Below are positions 10,758-19,894 of a stretch of DNA of 64,000 nucleotides, in pieces. A program made the position numbers and the translations under genes. The notes under the pieces are model-generated. The model was not told where the DNA came from and did not search any database. It saw only the letters and a list, made by a program, of their open reading frames with translations. Every line of letters starts with the position of its first letter. Within the stretch, counting starts at the first letter, position 1. The DNA is from Waddliaceae bacterium (GTDB lineage Bacteria > Chlamydiota > Chlamydiia > Chlamydiales > Waddliaceae), in NCBI GenBank assembly GCA_963749725.1, contig CAVVNU010000014.1:998-64997 (forward strand). The letters run 5' to 3'.

Positions 10758-11141
10758 AACCTGTTTAAATTTGCTAAAAATCATAATTTTCAGATTTTGA
10801 ATAGGTTCTTAAGAACCTATTCAATATCTCCGGAATTGCGATTTTTAGTGAATTTTGCTTTGCTTTTACAACCTTTAAAACTTGCGCATACTTGGAAAAG
10901 TAGAGAAGTTTTAAAGGCTGCAAAAACAAAGTGAAAGGCGCAAAAAGCACTTTTCAGAGATTTTGAATAGGTTCTTAAGAACCTATTCAATATCTCCGGA
11001 ATTGTGATTTTTAGTGAATTTTGCTTTGCTTTTACAACCTTTAAAACTTGCACATACTTGGAAAAGTAGAGAAGTTTTAAAGGCTGCAAAAACAAAGTGA
11101 AAGGCGCAAAAAGCACTTTTCAGAGATTTTGAATAGGTTCT
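10756..11141. repeat. Three tandem family-B MITEs (one 54-bp copy and two near-identical copies with 166-bp period) separated by TA
   Basis: AGAACCT(G/A)TT...AATAGGTTCT termini at 10756-10809, 10812-10975, 10978-11141; long copies differ at 2 positions. Confidence 0.92.
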
Positions 11142-11144
11142 TAA

Positions 11145-13802
11145 ATGAAAAAACTATTTATCATTGACGCTTCAGGCTATTTGTATCGGTCATACCACGC
11201 AATACAAAATTTAACGAACGCTAAAGGAGAATCTACTAATGCTCTTTTTGGGTTTATTCGTTCCTTGTTGAAATTAATGCATGATTTTGCACCGGAGCAC
11301 ATTGTTGCAGTATTTGATGGACCGCAAGGGACAGAAAAGCGCAAAACTCTATATCCCGAATATAAAGCCAACCGCAAAATCATGCCCGAAGATCTTCGCT
11401 ATCAAATCGTCTGGGCTCAAGAATTTTGCAGTTTAATGGGAATTCCAAAACTCATTGTTCCTAAAGTAGAAGCCGACGATACAATGGGATCGGTAGCCCT
11501 TTGGGCTGAGCAATCCGGAACTGAAGTTTATTTATGCACAAGCGATAAAGATCTTTGCCAGTTGGTAAGCGATCATGTTTGCGTTTTGAATACCCATAAA
11601 GACAACAAAATCTTGGGCCCTTCAGAAGTCAGAGAAACCTTTGGAGTTTCTCCTAGTCAAATGATCGATTATCTTGCCATGACGGGTGATTCTTCCGATA
11701 ACATTCCCGGATTGCCCGGGTTTGGATCGAAAACTTCCTCGAAAATTCTTAATGAAGTGGGAAGTTTGGATTATATTCTTTCTCATCCGGAAAAAATAAA
11801 AGGAAAAAAACAAGAAATTATCCGATCTTCCCATGACCTTGCAAAACTTAGCCAACAACTAGTTACCATTGACACTCAAGTAGATTTTCCTAAAAACCAT
11901 TCATTTTTCTCTCTTGAAAAGCCGAACATCGACTCGCTGAAATTATTTTATCAAGAAAAAGGGTTTAACTCTCTCATTAAGGAACTGCCCTCTGAAAAGG
12001 AAATCTCCGATCAAAAACAAGTCTGTTATCATTTAGTCGATGATCCGGATTCTTTAGAAGATCTCGCGCAAAAACTTCAATCTGAAAATGAAATCTGCTT
12101 TGATACGGAAACAACTGATTTGAATCCGCTTGAAGCAGAGTTAGTAGGAATTGGGTTTTCTATTAAGCCCGGCACCGCATGGTATGTTCCTGTCAACGGA
12201 AATTTAGGATTAAAAAACGTTTTAAAAGCTCTTGCTCCCATCTTTAACAACCCGAATATCAAATTTTTTGCGCATAATTTGAAGTATGATTTACATATCC
12301 TGAAAAACTCGGGTCTTAGAATTCCCAATGTGTGTTTCGATACTATCCTCGCCTCATATCTCCTATCTCCCCAAAGCCGCAGGCATTCACTTGACGCCCT
12401 TTCTCTGGAAGTCTTAGGAAAAGTTAAAATTCCAACTTCAGATTTGATAGGCAAAGGCAAACAGCAAATTTCAATGAAGGAAGCTCCTATCGAAAAAGTC
12501 ACGGCATACTGTTGCGAAGATGTCGACTACACCTTGAGACTTAAAGAAATTTATCAACCGAAACTAAAAGAGAGAAAACTCGAATCGCTTCTTATAGATC
12601 TTGAGCTGCCATTGCTAAAAGTATTGTTAAGAATGGAAAGAAGAGGAATTTTTCTCGATAAGGAGATCATTCATCGGTTAAGCGGCCGGGTCAATGCCGA
12701 ACTTGAAAAAATCGAACAAGAAGTTCGTCAACTTGCAGGAGGCTGCTCATTTAATCTAAAATCACCAAAGCAATTAGGCGAAGTACTCTTTGATAAAATG
12801 GGAATTACTCCCCCGAAAAAAACAAAGGCAGGATTTTCGACATCGGCAAAAATCCTGGAAACTTTGCAAGCAGATCATCCTATTGCCAAGAAAATGCTGG
12901 AATTTCGCTCGCTTGAAAAGCTGCGCTCCTCTTATATTGAAACTTTGCCAAAAGAAATCAACCCCAAGACAGGAAGGATTCATCCCACTTTTAATCAATC
13001 CGTTGCTGCAACCGGAAGGCTCTCTTGCCAAAGCCCCAATCTCCAGCAAATTCCCATCCGCACCCCTTTAGGACGCGAAATACGTAAAGCCTTTAAACCG
13101 GAAAAAGAAGGCTGGAGTTTCCTTTCTGCCGATTATTCTCAAATAGAGTTAAGGCTGCTTGCCCACTTTAGCGAAGATCCTAGACTTATTTCTGCTTTTG
13201 AAAACGGAGAAGATATCCATACGCATACAGCAGCAACTGTTTTAAATATTTCGCCGGAAAGCGTCACAAAAGAACAAAGAAGACAAGCTAAAGCAGTTAA
13301 CTTTGGCATCATCTATGGACAACAAGCCTTTGGACTTTCTCAAGAGCTGGGAATTTCTATTGAAGAAGCGGGAAAGTTTATACGAACGTACTTTGAACGC
13401 TACAAACGCGTACAGGATTTTATAGAATCATGCAAAAAAAAGGTGCGGAAAACAGGAGTTGCCTCAACAATCATTGGCAGAGAACGTCCAATTCCGGAAA
13501 TACATAGCAAAAATCCGCAAATCCGTGCGTCGGCAGAACGCCTGGCAGTTAATACTCCTTTGCAAGGAACCGCAGCCGATTTGATCAAAAAAGCCATGAT
13601 TATGATTGATCAAAAACTTAAACAAGAGCAACATCTTGGGTATATGGTGTTGCAAATTCATGATGAATTGATATTTGAAACCCCAGACTTCGAACTTTTA
13701 GCTTTAGAACAAATGGTAAAAAAGGAAATGGAGGGGGTTTACCAATTAAAAGTTCCATTAACTGTAGACGTCTCTATTGGCAAAAATTGGAAAGAATGTT
13801 AA
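11145..13802 (+). CDS. polA: DNA polymerase I
   Basis: 5'-3' exonuclease (EADD, SDKD), 3'-5' exonuclease (DTETT), polymerase motifs DYSQIELR, KAVNFGIIYG, QIHDEL. Confidence 0.98.
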   Translation: MKKLFIIDASGYLYRSYHAIQNLTNAKGESTNALFGFIRSLLKLMHDFAPEHIVAVFDGPQGTEKRKTLYPEYKANRKIMPEDLRYQIVWAQEFCSLMGIPKLIVPKVEADDTMGSVALWAEQSGTEVYLCTSDKDLCQLVSDHVCVLNTHKDNKILGPSEVRETFGVSPSQMIDYLAMTGDSSDNIPGLPGFGSKTSSKILNEVGSLDYILSHPEKIKGKKQEIIRSSHDLAKLSQQLVTIDTQVDFPKNHSFFSLEKPNIDSLKLFYQEKGFNSLIKELPSEKEISDQKQVCYHLVDDPDSLEDLAQKLQSENEICFDTETTDLNPLEAELVGIGFSIKPGTAWYVPVNGNLGLKNVLKALAPIFNNPNIKFFAHNLKYDLHILKNSGLRIPNVCFDTILASYLLSPQSRRHSLDALSLEVLGKVKIPTSDLIGKGKQQISMKEAPIEKVTAYCCEDVDYTLRLKEIYQPKLKERKLESLLIDLELPLLKVLLRMERRGIFLDKEIIHRLSGRVNAELEKIEQEVRQLAGGCSFNLKSPKQLGEVLFDKMGITPPKKTKAGFSTSAKILETLQADHPIAKKMLEFRSLEKLRSSYIETLPKEINPKTGRIHPTFNQSVAATGRLSCQSPNLQQIPIRTPLGREIRKAFKPEKEGWSFLSADYSQIELRLLAHFSEDPRLISAFENGEDIHTHTAATVLNISPESVTKEQRRQAKAVNFGIIYGQQAFGLSQELGISIEEAGKFIRTYFERYKRVQDFIESCKKKVRKTGVASTIIGRERPIPEIHSKNPQIRASAERLAVNTPLQGTAADLIKKAMIMIDQKLKQEQHLGYMVLQIHDELIFETPDFELLALEQMVKKEMEGVYQLKVPLTVDVSIGKNWKEC

Positions 13803-14401
13803 ACTTAAAGAAAGTAGCCGTTACAGGCGTTATCTCGAGTGGAAAATCCCTTGTATGTCATTACTTAAGCGAATTTGGAGCTTATGTGGTCGACTCGGAT
13901 AAAATTGTTCACCAATTACTAAACCCGAATACAGAAGTAGGTCAGCAAGTTATTGAACTCCTGGGGCCGCGCATACTAAAAGGAGATACAATTAACCGCT
14001 CTATAATGGCAAAAATCGTATTTCTAAACCCTAGGTTGCTGCAATCGCTTGAAAATCTTTTACATCCTCCCGTGTATAAAGAAATTAACCGGCAATATGA
14101 TGAAGTTGTTAATCAAAAAAATCCGCCCTCTTTATTTGTTGCAGAAGTGCCGCTCTTATTTGAAAGCGGAGGAGAAAAGTTTTTTGATTTAACAATTGCG
14201 GTCGTATCCGACCTGGAACAGTGTTGGGAAAGGTACAGAAAAAATACCGGACATGAGAGAGAGGACTTTAACAGGAGGGCTGCTTGTCAGCTTAGTCAAA
14301 AGGAAAAGGAGGCGATTGCAGACATTGTCATCCACAATGAAGGGTCTGCAGAATCCTTGAAAAATGAAACAAAAAAAATTTATGACTCACTAGTAAAATA
14401 G
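13796..14401 (+). CDS. coaE: Dephospho-CoA kinase
   Basis: VAVTGVISSGKS P-loop, EVPLLFE; overlaps polA stop. Confidence 0.93.
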   Translation: MLNLKKVAVTGVISSGKSLVCHYLSEFGAYVVDSDKIVHQLLNPNTEVGQQVIELLGPRILKGDTINRSIMAKIVFLNPRLLQSLENLLHPPVYKEINRQYDEVVNQKNPPSLFVAEVPLLFESGGEKFFDLTIAVVSDLEQCWERYRKNTGHEREDFNRRAACQLSQKEKEAIADIVIHNEGSAESLKNETKKIYDSLVK

Positions 14402-14415
14402 GAGATTTCCGTTGA

Positions 14416-15786
14416 ATGGAATCGGAGAATAATCGTCAAAACGTGACTTCCACAGTACCAGAAGAAAAAAAAATCAAACAAAAAAGATCTGAAGAACAAT
14501 ACCAAAAGCAAAATCAGCGCGAACCGGAACGCACGACAAAAATTTCCGATATTCAGCGCATGAATATTGACCAGTTAAATCAACTGGGTAAAAAGTTGGG
14601 AATCAAACACACAGGCTCTCTCACAATATCTCAAATGGTTTTTGAGATCGTAAAATCCATTTCTGAAAACCCCAACGAGATTTTATATGGTGAAGGGGTA
14701 TTGGAAATTCTGCCGGACGGATTCGGCTTTCTCAGATCAACTAACTACAATTATCTCCCTTCAGCCGAAGATATTTATGTTTCTCCGGCTCAAATTCGGC
14801 GTTTTGACTTGAAGAAGGGAGACACCGTCAAAGGTACAATTCGTCCACCAAAAGAAAAAGAGAAGTTTTTTGCTTTGCTAAAAGTGGATACGATCAACGA
14901 AGCCACACCGGAAAAAACACGAGACAGGATTCATTTTGAGAACCTTACTCCTCTCTATCCCAGCGAACGCATTGTTATGGAAACCGCCTCGGAAAAGCTT
15001 TCCACGCGAGTGCTTGATTTAGCGGCTCCCATTGGCAAAGGGCAGCGCGGATTGATTGTTGCACCGCCGCGCTCAGGGAAAACGATTATTTTACAAAATA
15101 TTGCAAATGCAATCGCTACAAATAATCAAGAAATTAAGCTTATTGTATTATTGATTGATGAAAGGCCTGAAGAGGTCACTGACATGCATCGGATCGTTAA
15201 GGGAGAGGTGATTTCCTCAACATTTGACGAACCGCCGGAACGACATATTCAAGTTGCGGAAATGGCGATTGAAAAAGCAAGACGTCTTGTGGAGCAAAGG
15301 CACGATGTTGTCATCTTGCTTGATTCGATCACCCGTCTTGCAAGGGCCTACAATACTGTTCAGCCGCATTCCGGAAAAATTCTTACCGGCGGTATTGATG
15401 CCAACGCCCTGCATAAGCCCAAACGTTTTTTTGGTGCCGCCAGGAACGTTGAACAGGGCGGATCTCTAACGATTATTGCGACAGCTCTCATTGAGACCGG
15501 GTCACGAATGGACGAGGTCATTTTCGAGGAGTTTAAAGGTACAGGCAACATGGAACTTGTTCTTGACCGTCGTCTAGCTGATCGCCGCCTTTATCCGGCA
15601 ATTGACTTAATCAAAAGCGGAACGCGTAAAGAAGAGCTTCTCTATCATCCAAATGAATTGGAGAAAATTTATCTATTGCGCCAGGCAGTAGCCGACTTAA
15701 CTGCAGTAGATGCAATGAACCTATTGCTTGGGCGACTAAAAAAGACCAAAAATAATGTGGAATTTCTTCTTTCAATGAAAGATTGA
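14416..15786 (+). CDS. rho: Transcription termination factor Rho
   Basis: [33 protein letters not shown]. Confidence 0.98.
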   Translation: MESENNRQNVTSTVPEEKKIKQKRSEEQYQKQNQREPERTTKISDIQRMNIDQLNQLGKKLGIKHTGSLTISQMVFEIVKSISENPNEILYGEGVLEILPDGFGFLRSTNYNYLPSAEDIYVSPAQIRRFDLKKGDTVKGTIRPPKEKEKFFALLKVDTINEATPEKTRDRIHFENLTPLYPSERIVMETASEKLSTRVLDLAAPIGKGQRGLIVAPPRSGKTIILQNIANAIATNNQEIKLIVLLIDERPEEVTDMHRIVKGEVISSTFDEPPERHIQVAEMAIEKARRLVEQRHDVVILLDSITRLARAYNTVQPHSGKILTGGIDANALHKPKRFFGAARNVEQGGSLTIIATALIETGSRMDEVIFEEFKGTGNMELVLDRRLADRRLYPAIDLIKSGTRKEELLYHPNELEKIYLLRQAVADLTAVDAMNLLLGRLKKTKNNVEFLLSMKD

Positions 15787-15863
15787 TCCGGCTTCGGAAC
15801 TTGGAAATAATTAATCTTACCCGTATAAATTATCGTATATAGTGCTTCCAGTTGAAAGCGCTA

Positions 15864-15938
15864 TATCCGATAGTTGTCTAAAAATTCGGGAGCTTCCCCC
15901 AAGGCAAAATCCCGAATTTTGAAACCTCGATCGGCATA
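15864..15938. repeat. Family-A palindromic MITE (degenerate)
   Basis: TATCCGAT..AAAATTCGGGA ... ATCCCGAATTTTGAAAC..GATCGGCATA. Confidence 0.65.
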
Positions 15939-15958
15939 ATTGGGTATAAAGGTGTATA

Positions 15959-16804
15959 ATGTCATTAATTCGCACTCTCTTTATTTGTACAGTATTTATT
16001 TCAGGAATTTGGTTATTATGGGAGAATAACCCATCTTTTAGAGATGCCGTTCAGTCTTATGTGGAAAATGGCGAATTTTTAACGCTTGAAGCGCGGTACT
16101 CTGCCGAACAAATCATGAAATCTCATGAAAAGGAACTGATACCGGATTCAGAGTATCGTTTTCAAGACCCTCAACTCAAATTCCATCCATATCTTCTCAT
16201 GGAAGTCAAATATACCCAACCTAGCGGGAAAACACGAGAGGGAGTGATCTTATGGAGCATGGTGGATGGAGAAATGGTGCTGGATACCGATACATGGCAA
16301 AAAACTCATGGATTTGAAGATGCCATCAATGCAGGTGCCAATAGATCAGACTTTGTTTTGATGAATACTCTGGCTAAGTACAGAGGTTCGCTGCCCCTTT
16401 CCAGACTTCAAAAAGAACTGAAGCTTGAAGATCAGGCTTTCAAACAGTTGATTGAAAATGGACGACGCAAATATTTAATCATATTAAGAGAAAATCAAGC
16501 AGCCCTCCACTTTGAAAACCCCTATTTCCTTGTTGCTCCTAAAACGAATATCAATCAATGGCTGGTAACCAAACCGTATGATAAAGCTAACCGTATTTCA
16601 AAAAGATATTCTCAAAAACAAATTGAAAAAGTGGCAAAAGCAGCATTTGGCCACGACTTTACTGTCCGCAGCGCCAAAGTAGCCTTTCTTCCTGTCTATA
16701 GTATTGAGGTGTTAAACCCCGACGGATCGGTTTTAACAAGTTACTGGAATGCACTCAATGGAAATCGGATTAATGACAAATATTTATCTATTTCTCCGTA
16801 TTAA
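15959..16804 (+). CDS. Conserved chlamydial hypothetical protein with N-terminal membrane anchor
   Basis: 281-aa ORF downstream of rho with N-terminal hydrophobic segment. Confidence 0.7.
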   Translation: MSLIRTLFICTVFISGIWLLWENNPSFRDAVQSYVENGEFLTLEARYSAEQIMKSHEKELIPDSEYRFQDPQLKFHPYLLMEVKYTQPSGKTREGVILWSMVDGEMVLDTDTWQKTHGFEDAINAGANRSDFVLMNTLAKYRGSLPLSRLQKELKLEDQAFKQLIENGRRKYLIILRENQAALHFENPYFLVAPKTNINQWLVTKPYDKANRISKRYSQKQIEKVAKAAFGHDFTVRSAKVAFLPVYSIEVLNPDGSVLTSYWNALNGNRINDKYLSISPY

Positions 16805-16842
16805 CTCAGCCTATGCAAATAATTCGCTAAAAATAACAGGCT

Positions 16843-17829
16843 CTAAGGACTCTTTAATTGATTTTTCAATCTTTCAACCCCTTCGCCGGTCAAAGCAGAA
16901 AGTTCGAAAACCTGTTCTGAATTTAAGTGGTGGGTACGATAAAAATGAGCAAGATGTTCTTTAGATTCATCAAAGTCGATTTTGTTTAAAACAACGTAGT
17001 AAGGCAGCTCAAGCAAGGTGGAATTGTACCGGCATATTTCATGACGTAAAATTTTGAAATCTTCTGCCGGATTGCGGCCATCAATACCTGAAGCATCAAG
17101 AACAAAGATCAATAATTTTGTTCTTTCGATATGCCTTAAAAATTCTAAGCCCAACCCTCTATCTCGATGCGCATCTTTGATAATCCCCGGAATATCTGCA
17201 ATAAATAATCGGGTATAATTATCTCTTTCAATATAGCCCAGATTAGGAGACAAAGTCGTAAAGGGATAGGGAGCAATTTTTACTTTTACTTTTGCAAGGT
17301 TTGAGATTAATGTCGATTTCCCTGCATTAGGAAATCCAACAAGTCCAACGTCTGCGATTAATTTAAGCTCAAGCTCTAACTTGCGCGTTTCTCCAAGCTT
17401 ACCGGGCGTACATTGATTGGGAGCTCTATTGGTTGAGGTCTTAAATGTTGCATTGCCTCGTCCTCCCCGTCCTCCTTTGCAAGCCTCCCATTTTTGTTGA
17501 TGAACGGTTAAATCGCAAAGAATTTCGCCATTTTTTGCATCTTTGATCAACGTGCCGCACGGAACTTTTAAAATAAGGTCTTTACCCCCTCTTCCTTGCA
17601 TCTTACTAGCCCCCCCTTGCTGCCCGTTCTCAGCAGAAAAAAAATATTTTTGTCTAAAATATTCCAGGGATATCAGATGCTCGTCCGCTTGGAAATAAAC
17701 AGAACCTCCTCTGCCGCCATTTCCTCCAGCAGGTCCTCCTTTAGGGACATACTTTTCCCTACGCCAGGCAACTACGCCATTGCCGCCTTTACCGGCAGCA
17801 ACTTCAATTTTAACTCGATCAGTAAACAT
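16843..17829 (-). CDS. obgE: GTPase ObgE/CgtA
   Basis: Gly-rich Obg domain, GFPNAGKST, PFTTL, DIPG, NKID. Confidence 0.97.
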   Translation of the reverse strand: MFTDRVKIEVAAGKGGNGVVAWRREKYVPKGGPAGGNGGRGGSVYFQADEHLISLEYFRQKYFFSAENGQQGGASKMQGRGGKDLILKVPCGTLIKDAKNGEILCDLTVHQQKWEACKGGRGGRGNATFKTSTNRAPNQCTPGKLGETRKLELELKLIADVGLVGFPNAGKSTLISNLAKVKVKIAPYPFTTLSPNLGYIERDNYTRLFIADIPGIIKDAHRDRGLGLEFLRHIERTKLLIFVLDASGIDGRNPAEDFKILRHEICRYNSTLLELPYYVVLNKIDFDESKEHLAHFYRTHHLNSEQVFELSALTGEGVERLKNQLKSP

Positions 17830-17868
17830 AAAAAAATGCCGCTCTTAATCATTCATAAGCAGCGGCGT
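17830..17868 (-). terminator. Terminator-like hairpin between rpmA and obgE
   Basis: GCCGCT...AGCGGC stem followed by a T-tract on the minus strand directly before the obgE ATG. Confidence 0.45.
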
Positions 17869-17891
17869 ACACCCAATAAAAAGCGTTTAAA

Positions 17892-18137
17892 TTAAGCCTT
17901 TACAGAAACAAAAGTCTTCGTTGACTTACGAAAATCAACAACTCCATCGCAAAGAGCAAACAATGTATCATCATTACCTCTCTTTACGTTAACTCCCGGA
18001 TGCCATTTTGTTCCTCGTTGACGAACAAGAATTGTACCGGCTTTTACAATTTCTCCATGAGTTCTTTTAACGCCTAGACGCTTAGATCTTGAATCTCGTC
18101 CGTTGCGACTGGATCCTTGTCCTTTCTTATGAGCCAT
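17892..18137 (-). CDS. rpmA: 50S ribosomal protein L27
   Basis: [24 protein letters not shown]. Confidence 0.98.
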   Translation of the reverse strand: MAHKKGQGSSRNGRDSRSKRLGVKRTHGEIVKAGTILVRQRGTKWHPGVNVKRGNDDTLFALCDGVVDFRKSTKTFVSVKA

Positions 18138-18160
18138 TATTTATCCTCTGCTTTTTTCTT

Positions 18161-18568
18161 CTAGCGCTTAGAAGCGGCATTTGCTGTTTTTGTTTCCGGA
18201 ACTTCTGTTGCCGACTTTGCAGCAGCCTTTTTTTCCGTTTTTCCTGCAATTTTGCCGGACACTCCAATATCTGTAATTTTTATTCTAGTAAAATGCTGGC
18301 GGTGCCCCCAATGTTTTTGAGTGTGTCCTCGAGGCCTATACTTTAAACTAGACACTTTTGGACCGGCGGCTGTGCCAATAACTTCGCCTTTAACCAAACA
18401 ACCGGCAACAAAAGGCTCGCCTATCAAAGCCTCTTTTCCATCATTTACAAAAAGAACTTCACTGAATTCTACAGCTGAGCCTTGGTCTGCATTTAATAAT
18501 TCTACATCAATCACATCGTCTTTCGCGACACGATACTGTTTTCCACCTGTTTTGATGATGGCGTACAT
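18161..18568 (-). CDS. rplU: 50S ribosomal protein L21
   Basis: MYAIIKTGGKQYRV, GHRQ; Ala/Lys-rich C-terminal extension. Confidence 0.97.
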   Translation of the reverse strand: MYAIIKTGGKQYRVAKDDVIDVELLNADQGSAVEFSEVLFVNDGKEALIGEPFVAGCLVKGEVIGTAAGPKVSSLKYRPRGHTQKHWGHRQHFTRIKITDIGVSGKIAGKTEKKAAAKSATEVPETKTANAASKR

Positions 18569-18724
18569 GTTTTTTTCTCCAAATAACGATATTTATATTT
18601 CAATAATACTAACAGGTTATCGCAATTATTTAATGAAATCAACGAAAAAAACACAAAAAAAAACCTTGTGAAAAACTTCTTTACATTGACAGATCGTAGA
18701 CAAAAAGACTAATGTTTTGATGGT

Positions 18725-19708
18725 ATGAATATTGTCTTATTACAAAACACTTTTTCCGATCAGGATATTAAAGATCTTATCAGCGAATTTCCCCAGTTTC
18801 TTTTTTTAGCGCCTACGGAATTTCATATGAACAAATTAAGCTCTGAAGATTGGGAAAGGGTTGAAATTATATTCGGAAATCATTTAAGCGTTGAAAATTT
18901 TGAAAAAGCCGTTCAACTCAAGTGGATTCATTCTCCGGTTCCGAATTTATCTCCTCTTTGCCTTTCTCATTTAAAAAAAAGACAATCAATTCTTGTTACA
19001 GCATCTAAAGAAGAAAATTCTTACCAAATTGGCGAATATGTGATGTGCGGCATTCTTTCCTTTGCTAAAAACGTTTTTCATTGGTTAAAGGCCGATCAAA
19101 ATCCTTCGCTCCTTTGGACGAGCAAGTGGCGCGACTCCATGTGGACGCTTAAAAACAAATTATTTATACAACTTGGATTAGGAATCGAAGGAACAGAAAT
19201 CGCCAGGCGCGCTCAACAAATGGGCATGAATGTTTGGGGAGTTCAGGAAAAAAAAACCTTCCACCCCTATTGCCGCAAAATTTTTAATCTATCTAATCTT
19301 GATGAAATTTTGCCGGATGCAGATATTGTCTGTTTAGCTCTTCCAAGACTTAAAAAGAAAGAAATCCTTTTGGGAAAACAGCAATTTAAAAAAATGAAAA
19401 AAGATTCGATTATAATCGTTGTCGGCTCCAAACCTCTAATTGATGAAGATGCATTGGCAAACGAACAAAATTCTGAAAAATTTCGAGGGATTTTAATCGA
19501 TGCCTCATATGAAACACCTCTTCCTTCTTCTTCAAAGCTTTGGAATCTTCCCAATACCTTAATTACGCCTGAAGTTTCGCCAAGACCCAAAACCTCTTAC
19601 CAGGAATCATTTCGCCTTTTTCGCTATAACTTAAGACAATATGTTCATGGAAACTTTTCTGACATGCGCAATCCTGTCGATCCTGCAAAGTCCGCCTTTA
19701 CTTTATAA
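18725..19708 (+). CDS. D-isomer 2-hydroxyacid dehydrogenase-like protein, probably catalytically inactive
   Basis: Fold motifs (LKWIH, GLGIEG, ADIVCLALP, IDEDAL, LWNLPNTLITP) present; catalytic Arg and His replaced. Confidence 0.75.
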   Translation: MNIVLLQNTFSDQDIKDLISEFPQFLFLAPTEFHMNKLSSEDWERVEIIFGNHLSVENFEKAVQLKWIHSPVPNLSPLCLSHLKKRQSILVTASKEENSYQIGEYVMCGILSFAKNVFHWLKADQNPSLLWTSKWRDSMWTLKNKLFIQLGLGIEGTEIARRAQQMGMNVWGVQEKKTFHPYCRKIFNLSNLDEILPDADIVCLALPRLKKKEILLGKQQFKKMKKDSIIIVVGSKPLIDEDALANEQNSEKFRGILIDASYETPLPSSSKLWNLPNTLITPEVSPRPKTSYQESFRLFRYNLRQYVHGNFSDMRNPVDPAKSAFTL

Positions 19709-19826
19709 GCTCACGCAATGGGCGAATTATACCGGCTGCGCCCTCGAAATTTGGTTTTTGGCAAAGAAAAATTCCGAATTTTGAGGGCGCGGCCGGTATA
19801 ATTCGCCCATTGCGTGAGCTTATAAA
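19702..19826. repeat. 125-bp palindrome: family-A MITE (19728-19800) plus a 26-bp perfect inverted extension on each side
   Basis: TTTATAAGCTCACGCAATGGGCGAATTATACCGG ... CCGGTATAATTCGCCCATTGCGTGAGCTTATAAA. Confidence 0.92.
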
Positions 19827-19844
19827 ACGATTAATAATTTTTTC

Positions 19845-19872
19845 TCGATTTATGAAAAAAAATATGTATAAT
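19845..19872 (+). promoter_or_regulatory. Putative sigma66 promoter for the guaB-pur operon
   Basis: Perfect TATAAT at 19867-19872, weak -35 (TCGATT) 16 nt upstream, ~22 nt before guaB ATG. Confidence 0.4.
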
Positions 19873-19894
19873 CAGTCCCTTTATTCATCATGAT

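Noticed and set aside
10817-11116. ORFs made of repeat sequence (also 45508-45765, 63318-63674, 33369-33596)
   Set aside because: Translations of MITE sequence with no independent coding signal.
10756-11143. Possible CRISPR array (regularly spaced palindromic repeat)
   Set aside because: The intervening sequences are near-identical, the period is 166 bp, dispersed copies exist and there are no cas genes; it is a tandem MITE.
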